From Paragordius varius (taxonomy: Eukaryota > Animalia > Nematomorpha), in assembly GCA_964247055.1 (NCBI GenBank), contig OZ176059.1:2914001-2978000 (forward strand): a stretch of DNA of 64,000 nt. The letters are read 5' to 3'. Shown here piece by piece: positions 13,101 to 25,300 of the stretch (the stretch's first letter is position 1; each line of letters starts with the position of its first letter). The position numbers and the translations under genes are program-made. The notes under the pieces were generated by a model that was not told the DNA's origin, ran no database searches, and saw nothing but the letters and a program-made list of their open reading frames with translations.

Positions 13101-15989
13101 AAATGGATCACAACAACAAATGGTTTCTCAAACAAGCGGCGCTGGTTCTCACAATCAACCACATACTACTATCCAACAATATAATCGATATGACCAAGAA
13201 CGTTTTCGTAACAACAAAGGTAAAATTAAAGGATTAGATCTGTGTAATTGATTACAAAACTGTAATTAATCATTTTTAAATAGTTAATGAAATAATGGTT
13301 TGCTAATACATGGTATTTAAAATATGTGAAAGCATTGGTAATAATATGAATTTTTTGTATGAAAGCAGAAGATTCAAACAAATTAATATATATTTGTTAA
13401 TATTAAAGCTACGTATAACAATCTGATCGTTTAAACGCATTTTATCCTGTTAAAACACATTTTTGCAATTTCCGAGTCATCGTGACCGTAAATGAATGCA
13501 TTCATAAGTAATCATTTACGGTTTATATTTTTGAAGGTTCTGTATATAAATTTCTCATTTTTTTTATTTCGCTTATTTTAAAACGTTAATAAAATTAAAA
13601 TTCAAGCTTTTTAATAAATAATATGTGACGGGGTTAATTTCCATTTTTTCTCTCTCATTATTTTTTTTTCAATAAAACATTGAATGATTAGAGGTGGCTG
13701 ACTTTAAAATTGACACGATGGGTACCTATCATGGGATGACGCTTAAATCCGTGGCTCAGGGTGTTAGTAATACAAACACTCCTCATAAACGTAATATTAG
13801 CACTGCTGGTCCTAACATGAATCATACAAATGTTATCAATAATCATCATAGTAGACGTACAGGACCGGCTTCCTATGCATCTGATAGCACTTCTGTGTTG
13901 AGCAAAAGAGGTATTATTCAAAGATTTATAATCATGATAAATGGCTTTATATATATAATTATATGTGGTTTTATATTGAAATATATTGCATTTACTACGT
14001 ATTTTGTATTAAATTTATTATTTAAATGGAATGATGTTTGTGTTGAATTTACTTTGGATATTATTGAGTAATTTTTAAATAATATAACTGTTTTAAACTA
14101 CATTGTGTCTTCTAAAATTATATTTTTACCTATCTATAATTTTATGATTAAGTGTTGAATATCAGCCTTAAAATTTTTATTTTCAATCAAATGTATTATT
14201 GATACAATATTTTTAGTTATTTCTAATTTTATATTTATCTTTTACCCATATTTGGGATATGGACCATTTTTAAACAATTAGTTTTGAATTATAGCCTTCG
14301 TAAATAAAATTTTCAAGGTTGTTTATATTTTTTAGTGTCGCGCACTCCGATCATTATTATACCGGCATCCTATTCGTCTCTAATCACCATGTTAAATGCC
14401 AAAGACATTTTACAGGATCTCAAGTCATTAATATGATTAAAATTAAATCACAAAACAATAGTTTTTAAAATTAACCTACATTTAAATATAACGTGCCTGT
14501 TTAGATTTTACACTGAGGAAGAAAAGAAAGCCGCCGGTCAAACCAAACGAGAAAATGACGTTTTAATTCAACGCGTGAAAGAGGGCGGTTTAACCGTACC
14601 ATACCGAATCATTGATACGCCTTTAAAATTAAACCCTCAAGATTGGTATTATTAATCAATTTATTTATACCTAAATTTTATGATTTGGAATATATTCTTT
14701 ATTGTAATATAGGGACAGAGTTGTGGCCGTATTTGTTCAAGGACCCACATGGCAATTCAAAGGTTGGCCATGGGAAGGAAATCCAGTAGATATATTTTCC
14801 AAAAGTAACTAATTTATTTTAGTAATAGTATATTATATATTTACTGATAAATTTTTCTACAATTTACACATATATTGGATAGTCTTTAGAGTTTGATGTA
14901 GTTAATTTATATAGATAAACGCTTTTTACTAAATTTGTAAAATTTTTGGTAAAATAAAATTCCGGAATACGATTTCCGACATATAAATTAAAAAGGCTAG
15001 CAGTATTTATCAATGATTATCTGATCAAGGAAGATGATATTCATATGTTTTTTTACTTTCTTTAATACATTAATTTTTACTAAATTTGACTATATAATTT
15101 AAAATTTGAATTTAAGTATGTTATATTATGTTCAATCATTCACCCACTTTTTTGAATTAAATGCGTTTGTTTAATCCGAAACCTTTTTATAACCAAAGTT
15201 ATGTAATGTACATATTCTAGTAAAAGCATTCCACCTTAAATGGGAAGAACAAAAGTTAGATGCCAACATAGCAAGGTGGGATGTTCACGTTATCCAATTA
15301 AGCAGGAATAAAAGGCATCTTGATCGTGCGGCTTTGTTAAAATTTTGGGATGTTTTAGACAGGTTTATATTAATACAGTAAAAAATGAAATTATACGGAC
15401 AAAACGTAAAAATATAAAGACAAATATTTTTGATTAAAAGACAACCATAATTTTAAAATTTTAATATTTCTAATATAAGCTATTTAGTTAAAATTGTTAA
15501 ATAAAGAATTGATTGTGCTACCAATTTACATTTCTATTTTATATTTTGCAGTTTAAATCAATAGTTATATTAAAATAAATCAAGATTCAAAAAGTATGGT
15601 TGTCTTTTATTAACGTTTGTCCGTAAAATTTTAGTTTTAACTGTATTTATTTTGTTTTTTTAATGTTTAAATAATCATCCATTATTACATTAAAAATTGC
15701 AGTCATAAAAACAAAACGTAGAATTTAAAAGGCAAATACTTTTTTGGTGTTTTTTATACCGTTTTATATAACTTTTTTGATAACATTTGTGAAATATAAA
15801 ATTCAGTTTGTTACCGATTGTTTTGCAACCTAAAACGATGAATATCAAGTTTAATAAAATATGGTATTTTTTTAAAAAAATAAAAATATTTGTCTTTTAA
15901 TTTTTACATTTAATCTGTATAATTTCAATTTTTACTGTGCTATTTTTTGCAGATTCATGGCTAAAAATAAACCGCATCTTCGTACCTAA
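10160..15989 (+). CDS. CDC73: Parafibromin / Cdc73 (PAF1 complex subunit), 17 exons
   Basis: Exons: 10160-10296, 10323-10428, 10456-10494, 10520-10601, 10671-10723, 10787-10872, 10988-11098, 11291-11352, 11459-11856, 12580-12681, 13063-13219, 13692-13910, 14336-14423, 14505-14645, 14713-14804, 15221-15362, 15953-15989. All are GT-AG with matching phases. Motifs: [96 protein letters not shown]. Confidence 0.97.
12742..12999. mobile_element. MITE family A copy (TATACCATTTACA termini, 21-bp AATTCAAATTCACCCTTGAAC repeats) in a CDC73 intron
   Basis: Inverted 21-bp repeat blocks flank a spacer (AATAAACTATGC.ATAA.GATATATTTCATATTAATAATGAGTTATAT) shared with the copies at 43915-44217 and 63469-63825. 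Confidence 0.8.
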
Positions 15990-16633
15990 TTGCGACCCAC
16001 CCCAGACGTCCTTTATATTTTCTCATGTCATATTTTGTTGATTTTGTTATGCATATGATTCAAAAATTGTTATACTTATTATAATATGATTATTTACCCA
16101 GAAATAAATACATTAATTACAAATTAGTATATTTATAGGATGCATATTCGTAAATTAACTTACTTGAAATCTAAATATGGCGGATTTATACGATCGTCAT
16201 TATGGGTCTAATTAAACATTTTTATATAAATTAAATTTAATTTATACGGTTTCAGAATGGCTTTTGTGTGTAATTAAACTTTAGATACCTTTTTTAGTTT
16301 AGTATGCCAAGGTAATTTTATTTTTATAATTTCTTAGGCATCTGATTTACTATGTCATCGCTAAGATTGGGTCGTTTTTATAATACTGTCGAAAAATAAA
16401 TAAGCCACCGTAATAATTAATATTTAAAAATATTTTATTTGTCATAAATGACCATATCATATAAAAACAATATCGTATCAACAAGTTCTACAACGAATTA
16501 GTTAAAAACGCGTTATAATAAATAATTAAAATATATGTCAATATCATAATTGGGTCTTGGAGGATTGGAATGTTTAAAATGCATGTTATAGATCGCACCG
16601 TTTTCCCACATTTAACACAGTATCTATCCCGTT

Positions 16634-19600
16634 CTATAAAACACAATTCAAAGTTCGATTCGTCATGGCTTGGATAAATATATTTAATCTTTTTTGAGCA
16701 AATTTGGTATCCAATGATTGGCTGGTAGTTAAGTTATCTGACCATCGTTCAACGTAATAGTTCTCATCGATAATCCATTGTGGCCTGATGTGTGAAATAA
16801 TGACAAAGATATAAAATAATTGAAGGAATTTATTCGCTAAATTTATTGGGATAATTATTTTGGCTTTATAATATTTATATACTTCTACGGATAAAAAAGG
16901 GAATGATCTATATATTTATAAAAATGGAAAATGCTGGCTTTGTGATCTGTTTCCGGAAAACCGGTAAACCCATTCAAATCCAAATATCAAAAAAATATAA
17001 TTATTAATAAATGCCCCGACAATAGCTTGGCCCCTTTTTTTAATTAGGTCCCCAGTTCGAGCCCATCCCGTGTAAAAATCGGTTTTTTTTGAAAACACAT
17101 GTCCACAAAAATCGTGTCTTTGAGACAATTTTCCGGAGAACGTGTTGGACCATTCAATTTCAAATATGATTTTTTTTCTTATTTTCGATTGTGCCGAAAA
17201 TAGTTTAATTTGGGCCTTAATCGCTACCCCTTAAAAGGCCATTTTTTTTAAAAAAAATTAAATCCACAAAAATAATTTTTTAAATTTATTTTTCGCCCAA
17301 GGTATGAGACCGTAAAAATTCAATAAGCATTCCAGTTCCTAAAAGGCAATAATTTTCGTCGTGCGTTTTTTTTATATTGCCTGCTGGGTAAGGAGATACC
17401 CGCTAAAAACTGCCCCGTCATATCGAAGTAGCGTTGGGGCTAAATTAAAACAGGCGATATGCCATAGGTGCTTAAAGTATCACCCGTAAAAGGCAAAAAT
17501 ATTAGTCGTGTGTTTTTTTGGAATTAATCGTTAATTAGGCCCTTAAGCCCAGAAAAATGCGCCACCATAGAATCATATTTCAGTTTTGAGTCAATTTTTC
17601 CAAAAATCAATTATAGCATATGGCATCAATTACGATTCCAATTATTCTTTGTAAAAAGGCAAATATTTTAATCGCTAGCCTCTGAATAGGAAGCTACCCG
17701 CCTAAAACTGCGCCACCATATCGAAATTTCGTGACTTTTGAGGCAAATTTTAGAAAACTTATTAAGCCATATGGATTCAATAAGGGCTTGAAATATTGCC
17801 CGTAATAAGGCAAAAATTAAAGTAAAGCGATTTTATTAAATTACCCCTTAATTAGGCCCTTACCCTGAAAAATGCGCCACCATAGTATGACTTTTTTGAT
17901 TTTAAGGCAATTTTTTGAAAATCCCACGAGAGCGTATGAAATCAATCATGATTCCAGGTATTACCCGTATTAAGACATTTAATCGAGCGTTTTTTTGTTT
18001 TGCCCCTGCTTAGGCTACCATTGTTAAACTGCGTAACCATATCGATACAGCATGCTTTTGGATCTTAATTCCAGAAAACCTATGAGACTATGTGAGTTCC
18101 AGGGCTCTAAATATTTATTGCCTTTTAGAAAAACAAATATTTTAGTATAAGGTGCCATTTTAATGAGTCGCTAAGTAAAGTTTTAGACCCTGAAAAATAT
18201 GCCGCCATAGAGCATTTTTTTAGTTTTGAAGCAATATTTCCAAGAACTTATAGGAACATATGGAATCCATGATAATTCCAGATATTCCCCATATTGAGGC
18301 AAAAATGCCCAATGCTTTTTTCTAGGTAAGGAGCAACCCGCCACAAACTGCGCACTATATAGAAATTGCGTTGTTTTGGAGGTAATTTACAGAAAATTTA
18401 GGAAGCCATATGAGGTTATCAAGGTAAAATTTAAGGTCAGGCCTTTGTTTTTTAGCCGTTAATTTGGGGCCTTTGTGCTCTAAAAATACGCCATCATAAA
18501 ACACTTATTTAGTGTTTTTTCGATTAACCCATGAAACGATGGTATCAAAGATGATTTTAAATAGCCCTATAAAGGCAAAAAATTTAACACACTTTTCCAT
18601 ATGTCTATGGATAGAGGTCTACCAGTTTAAAACTGAGGCGCCATTACAAAATTGGCTTGGTTTTGGAGCTAATTTTCAAAAAGTTAAGAAGCCATACGAG
18701 TTCCATAAAGGCTTTAAATGATACCCATAAAAAAGGTAAAAATCATAGTATAGCGGTTTTTCCGTTAGCCGTTAATTTGAAGCCTTTACACCAGTCAACA
18801 ATATAATAGTAATGCACGGTTTTAAAAATTCTTTGAAGCACCGTTTTTGAAAATCCTATGACATCATAACTATTATATAATATTTCGAAATAATCCACAT
18901 ATATGGATCACAATTTCGTTGAACCCTTTTTTCAGATAGCGGCTTCGCAGGCTCTAACTTACACTATCATGTATACCAATTTTTTTTATTTCCTATCATC
19001 AACGTAGCCCTACAATTGTTCATTTAGCAATACATTTAGAAAATGGGCAGCGTGTCTATTTTACAGTTTCTCCTAGTTTCTTATAATTAATTCTACTAAA
19101 CTTCTTTTTTTTAATATTTAACTTTGTTTTTTTAGTTTATCGAGCCTAAAACCTATCATTTGTTGGAAAGACCATTTTTAAAGATTTTTGAACCGTTTTA
19201 AATTCTGGACTTATTATTATTAGTTGCCAACATAAATATATATATATATATATTACAAAAAAATATTACTCAGAGTTGGTATAAATAGGACGCGTTCCAA
19301 TCACTAGGTACACCGCTGAAATTTCAAAAATGTTGGGACAATTGGCTTTGTGAAGGAATGTCACTTTATTGTTAACTGGTTTTGTGATACCTTATATAAC
19401 GACTGAGAGTTATTAATTATTCTGATGAAATATCACCTATTGTATTTTCGTTTTTTAATAAATTTCCAAACTTATGTACCATTATAACATAAAAAAAGGA
19501 ATATATTAAAGTTTCTAAAATCCAAAAATTACTCTTTGCACTTATTAGAAATTTTTTGAAAAAAACTAATTAAAAATATACAAATGGTCAATTATATGAT

Positions 19601-20018
19601 TGCTAAATTAGGTGAAAATTGATGTAAATTTATTTTCGGGACAATGAATTGTTTAAAACTTTATTTATTTTAAACAAAAATAACCATTGATAAATATATT
19701 AGTATAAGTATATAAAACATTAAAAAAGGGTTTACCAACTGATGCAAAACGGTTTTCGATGATTGCATAGATTTTTCTGACTCGCGTCGTTTCTTCCACA
19801 ACGTTGATAATTTTAATTTTCCAAACTATTGCATATAATATTATATGCATAGAGGCATATACGCATAAATAATTAAAAGATCCGTTATAAGTTCTTTAAA
19901 AAGGGTTTTTTTAAAGCTATAATACCAAAATTTGAACGACAAGCTTTGTACCACATCTTTTTGCGAACATCCCCGTCATTGATATGATGGGTAGGATGGA
20001 AAAATTCGGGACACCCCA
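16634..20018 (-). CDS. C345C/NTR-domain exons of the C3-like gene
   Basis: Four exons splice in frame: VGCPEFFH..KMWYKACRSNF|VWKIKIINVVEE..IYAIIENRFASV|GITKPVNNKVTFLHKANCPNIFEISAVYLVIG..NSE|PQWIIDENYYVERW..TLNCVL*. This follows the NTR pattern of C3/C4/C5. Confidence 0.88.
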
Positions 20019-22334
20019 CTAAAATGTGATTGATATAATTGACTCATTAAAAATGAAAATTCGCTATCAAGTTTTACTTTTTTTTCTGTGCGGATGAAGT
20101 AAAATACAGAGGCAAATTTTTTTCAAAAAACAACTGTATTTATTAAACCTAAATTTGACCTATATCGTAAAATACATAACTGATTGTGTTACCAATTTAT
20201 ATCTCTATTAATATTTTGCAATAAAAAAATAAGTTTTTTAAATTAAGAAAAAATAATTATCCTCATATTACGTTTTGTCCGTATAATCTCAATTTTTACT
20301 GTATTCCGTGGAAATTATTAATCTTTTAAAATAAGAAAAAAAGTCCCATCATCATCAGGTCGTTGGGCCAATTGAATAAAAGCTAATATATACTAAAAAC
20401 TAGGTTTTTTCCAGTATATACTAACTATGTATTGAATAAAAAAATATATTGCTTTTACTATCCAGTACGTACTATGTTTACCACTATTTACTGACATATT
20501 TTATTGACCGAAAATTGTTTTTTTACAAATTTTACCTAGTACTTACTGTTTTTTAAGCTGGTAAATGGCAACATTTTAAACAAACTATTATTTTTTCACT
20601 TATAATACTATCGGTTATATTTTAAAAAATTTCTAAAATAAATGTTTTTTTAAATTACATGGTTCATATATATATATATATATTATATAAATATATATAT
20701 ATATATAAACATATTAATATATTTATTAAATATATTGTTATTATTAATAATAATTTTTTGTTTCTCTATTTTAAGCTTTGTGAGTTCAATTTGCAGAGAT
20801 TTGAGTTCCTTGTAAGTGGATTCCTTTTTACCTTTCCATTCGTTTTTGATTTGATTTCTATTTTTAAATTATAATAATTATACTTGGATAATCTATGTCA
20901 TTATCAATCAATATTTCCCCGTCTGAATATACCGCGCCCTTTCAAATATAGGTTTTTCTGTATCAAAAATTAATGATTGCAATTTGATTTTCCAAGTTTT
21001 TAAAATTGTTTTTATTCCAGATTTGGAATTATCGAACTTTACTTTGATTTGGGATTTCATGTTGTTAATTTTTTTTCTAATTTGAGATATGTTCATATAT
21101 TTGTCATTTATATTTTTAATTGGTAATAATGGATATCCACTATCACCCTAGCTCCTTACCCCCTTCAAAAATACGATGATCGATAAGGAGCTACCCCTTT
21201 TTTTAAATAATGTAATTTTTAATACACAATTATTCATAAATATACAAAAAATACATCAAAATAATGGTTGAACAATTGAATCTCGTTTCATTTTGCCAGC
21301 CTTGAGTATATGGGTTAGATCAATATTTGCTTCACAATCCTTCACATAATTAATATTAAAATATGAATTACTATCAAAATCTTTTAAAGGTTCGTTAGTT
21401 TTGGTATTCGTTCTAGATTTATACGAATTTCGTTACCAAGTATAGGAAATCGGGTCTTCATCTGACCGAAAACCCGCTCGATAATGCTTATTTCAGAACA
21501 ATGTAATTTATTGAATTTTTTCTCGTAATCAATCATCGTATTTTTGAAGGGGGTTAGGAGCCAGGGTGATAGTGGATATCCATTATCACCCAACAAACAG
21601 AAATCATTTTGTTTGCACATATAATATGACTGAACAATCGTGTTTCGCCATATCGTAATTTCTTCATTGGCATTACATGTGAATTGTACATCAAGGGTAC
21701 ATCGACCCTTTCGATTTATATAGACCTCAACATTTTCTTTAGGTCTCAATATTTCAAAATGTGAACAATCAATGCAACCAATAGCAATTGTCATTTTAAA
21801 TTTGGATAGCGGTAATTTATTCGCCATATTAAGCTCTTTAAATGACCTGGGAAATTTTATCCATTGATAAGATTTCAAGAAATCTCAACAAAATCTAGAT
21901 TTATAATATTATAAATAGCTCCCTTTGCATCCTGGGAGTTAGTTTCCTGCCTCTCTTTACATAGTCCCAAATCAAAGTAAAGTTCGATAATTCCAAATCT
22001 GGAATAAAAACAATTTTAAAAACTTGGAAAATTAAATTGCAATCATTAATTTTTGATACAGACCTATATTTGAAAGAATACAGGGCGCGGTATATTCAGA
22101 CGGGGAAATATTGATTGATAATGTTGATGATGACATATAAATTATCCGAGTATAATATTATAATTTAAAAATAGAAATCAAATCAAAAACGAAGGATCCA
22201 AAACCGAATAATTGTTTGTATAATTTTGGAAAGGTAAAAAGGACACTTACAAGGAACTCATATCTCAGCAAATTGAACTCACAAAGCTTAAATGAGAGAA
22301 AGAAAAAATTATTAATAATAAAATTTTATATATT

Positions 22335-22383
<49 letters not shown>

Positions 22384-25300
22384 CCATGTAATTTAAAAAA
22401 ACATTTATTTTAGAAATTTTATAAAAAAATAACCGATATTATTTTAAGTGAAAAAATAATAGTTTAAAATGTTGCCATTTACCAGCTTAAATAAAACCAG
22501 TAAGTACTAGGTAAAATTTGTAAAAAGACAATTTTTATTCAATGATATTTGTCAGTAAATACTGGTAAACATAGTACGTACTGGATAGTAAAACCAAAAT
22601 ATTTTTTTATTCAATACATAGCTAGTATATATTGGAAAAAACCTAGTTTTTAGCATATACTAGCTTTTATTCAATTGGCCCATGGTCTGCCTCGTTTTAA
22701 ATTGCCGTTCGGGTGAAAGAATCTAATTTTGTCAATTCAACCATTTGAGCGTTCAATGTGGCCCCAGTAACTGAAACGATTTGCTAGAGAAAAGAGGAGG
22801 ACATAGGTGAGATTGAAACATACTATGTATGCCTTTAATACTGATTAATGAGACATGAGTTGAGGATTTTCTTTCTTTTTCACATAATTTATATTCATGA
22901 GTTCGATTTGAGGGCCAACGTTCGCTAGCATATGAGAGGGCAGGGCGAAAGGCAATCGTGTAGATTTTGCCCTTGTTTGGGTTCAAAATGTGTTTGTGTT
23001 TCTTTATATACTTGAATTGATGGAATTTGTCCCAAGCTTGTGTTGTTATGGCGTTTTAACATTAATATTAGTTGCTATTTACCCAGGTAATTGTAATTGT
23101 TTACTATTTCGATGTTTATATGGGAAATAGGTGTATTTGTGTGGGACAGGACTATTTGTGTTTATATCTGGTGCTGCACAAGCTTTACAAACAAAATTTT
23201 CAATGGCTAATAAACTTTCTTTCAATTTGTGAGTTTTTGTGAACCCACAGTATTGGCATTTAGTGCATTTGATGAAATTAAGTTTCACTTCAGAGTGACA
23301 AATGAAACAAGGGAATTTTATTATAGGTACATGTGAGCCTGTATGATCGAGCCTTTGTCTATCTGTGGTAATTTTGAGTCCAAATTTTTCTAACATAGAT
23401 TCTAGAGATTATATTTATTGATGATTGCTGTTTCGCAGGTGGCCGTAGCATTATGTCGACGTAAAAAGGTAAGCTTGTTTTTATATTATCATTATTACAT
23501 CCATAATAATGATAAGTAGTAACGGGCTGAGGATAGAGCCCTGGTGTAGACCGACAGTCACTGGAAGTTGATTGGTATCTCCCATGGGAATCTCACGCAA
23601 CTAGTGGTGTTCTCATATAGTGAATTTATATTACCCATTCTGGTATTTCCTTTTTTCGTAACGCAAATGTGATCATGGACTGCGGGATGCAGTCAAATGC
23701 ACGGCTTTAATCGATATAAAGATGTGACATAAGGTTTTATTTTTAAAGTCTCTTGTAACTTTTAAAATGAATATGGCGTCAGAGGTGCTGACACCCTGTT
23801 GAAAACCGAATCGGGTGTCAATCGAGCAAAGCTGACGTATTTTCCTTTCTACTATAATTTTGAATAATTTTGTTGTATGTTCAAGTAATTTTAATGGTCT
23901 GTTGGAGGCGCAGTTAAGCATGTGCCTTTATTTTCACATATTGGAATATGATACTTAGGTTCCAGTCATTTGGGATTTTTTCCTCCATTATAATCATATT
24001 AAATAGCTCTGTGAAAAAAGAAATTCCTCAGGAATATTTTTTACATTTCAGTTTTGATTTCCGTAATTTGACATTTTTGCATGGATAAGCTCACATCTTC
24101 TGCAGTAATGATTGGGCGTGGCCCAACAACTGGAGGTAAGTTTGGTATTTCAAGAATGCTGGATATTTAGTGTATTTTCCATGTACTGTGTCAATACATT
24201 TTAACTATTAAGAGTGTCAGTAACTGTGTTGTTATTTATTTTTATCTTTTATGGCTTTCACCACCCGGATATCTTTTTTATTACTATTGGTTTTTTTAGT
24301 GTTTTGAAAACTTAAAAGTTTTTATTCCTTCAAGTTTTTTGGCCATTTCCAAGCATCTTTCATTCATTTTGTAAGCCATTATTATCTTCATTCTTTTTTA
24401 CACCATAATGTAAAAATGTGATATTTTTTATAATATCACATTAGACAATTGTTAACCTATCCATAAAAAATAAAATTTTTTCATTCCACTTATCACACAC
24501 AAATTTACCTTCGAAACATATGCAATTTTCGCCATCCATTTGAAATGGGACTATTGAATATCCCTGTTGGGATGTACAATACGTGTCGAGAAACGTTTCT
24601 TGTCTCGGCGTATAAAAGAATTCACAATTATTTTGAACAAACATTCCGTGCGTCCTAATTTGGATAATAGCTGGTTGTATTGATTTGACGATCGCAATTC
24701 GATGTATCAAAAATGAAACACTGAATGGTTGATTAGTTTTCAGCTAATAGTAAAAGCAAATATATTTTATATCTTGGGTGTGTAATTAATTATTGCAAAA
24801 AAGTCTAGATAAAATTAGAGGATCATTTTTAGTCAATAAACAATGGTTTGGATAACTTTTAGCTTTCTTTCGGCGGATGGAAAGAATTAAATATGAAAAT
24901 ATTTTAACTAAGGATATCAAACATTTTATTCTCAATAAAACAACATAATTTATAAATTACGATATTTTCTGGTTTTTGTACAATCAGGTTTTTTAAATAT
25001 ACATATTTATCCTTATATACCTCTCGTAAAAAGATGACCACCGAATTTTGCGTCGTAAAGATATGTTTTATGGGGGAGGCATTTGATGGTTTGGGCAAAA
25101 AATGAGATATTGGTGACATGCCAACAAAAAGGCCCACAGTTACTATAATTTGATCTGATGGATGGTATTCGTTTATATAACTATAAAAATAATGTATAAT
25201 ATAAAATAAACTATATAATATTAAGGTAATTTATAATAATCTCACCCAATGTATTTTTAATCGGATTAAAATTAATATTTATAGCATGGAAAATTGATAC

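Noticed and set aside
20659-21096. ORFs 20659-20874(+) and 20908-21096(-) as host genes
   Set aside because: They lie in the Harbinger arm, include a TA microsatellite, and are disrupted in the opposite arm.
24441-24508. C3 C-terminus at the ORF stop (..KFVCDKWNEKILFFMDRLTIV*)
   Set aside because: A phase-1 donor at 24508 joins the exon at 20018 in frame and continues into a convincing C345C domain.
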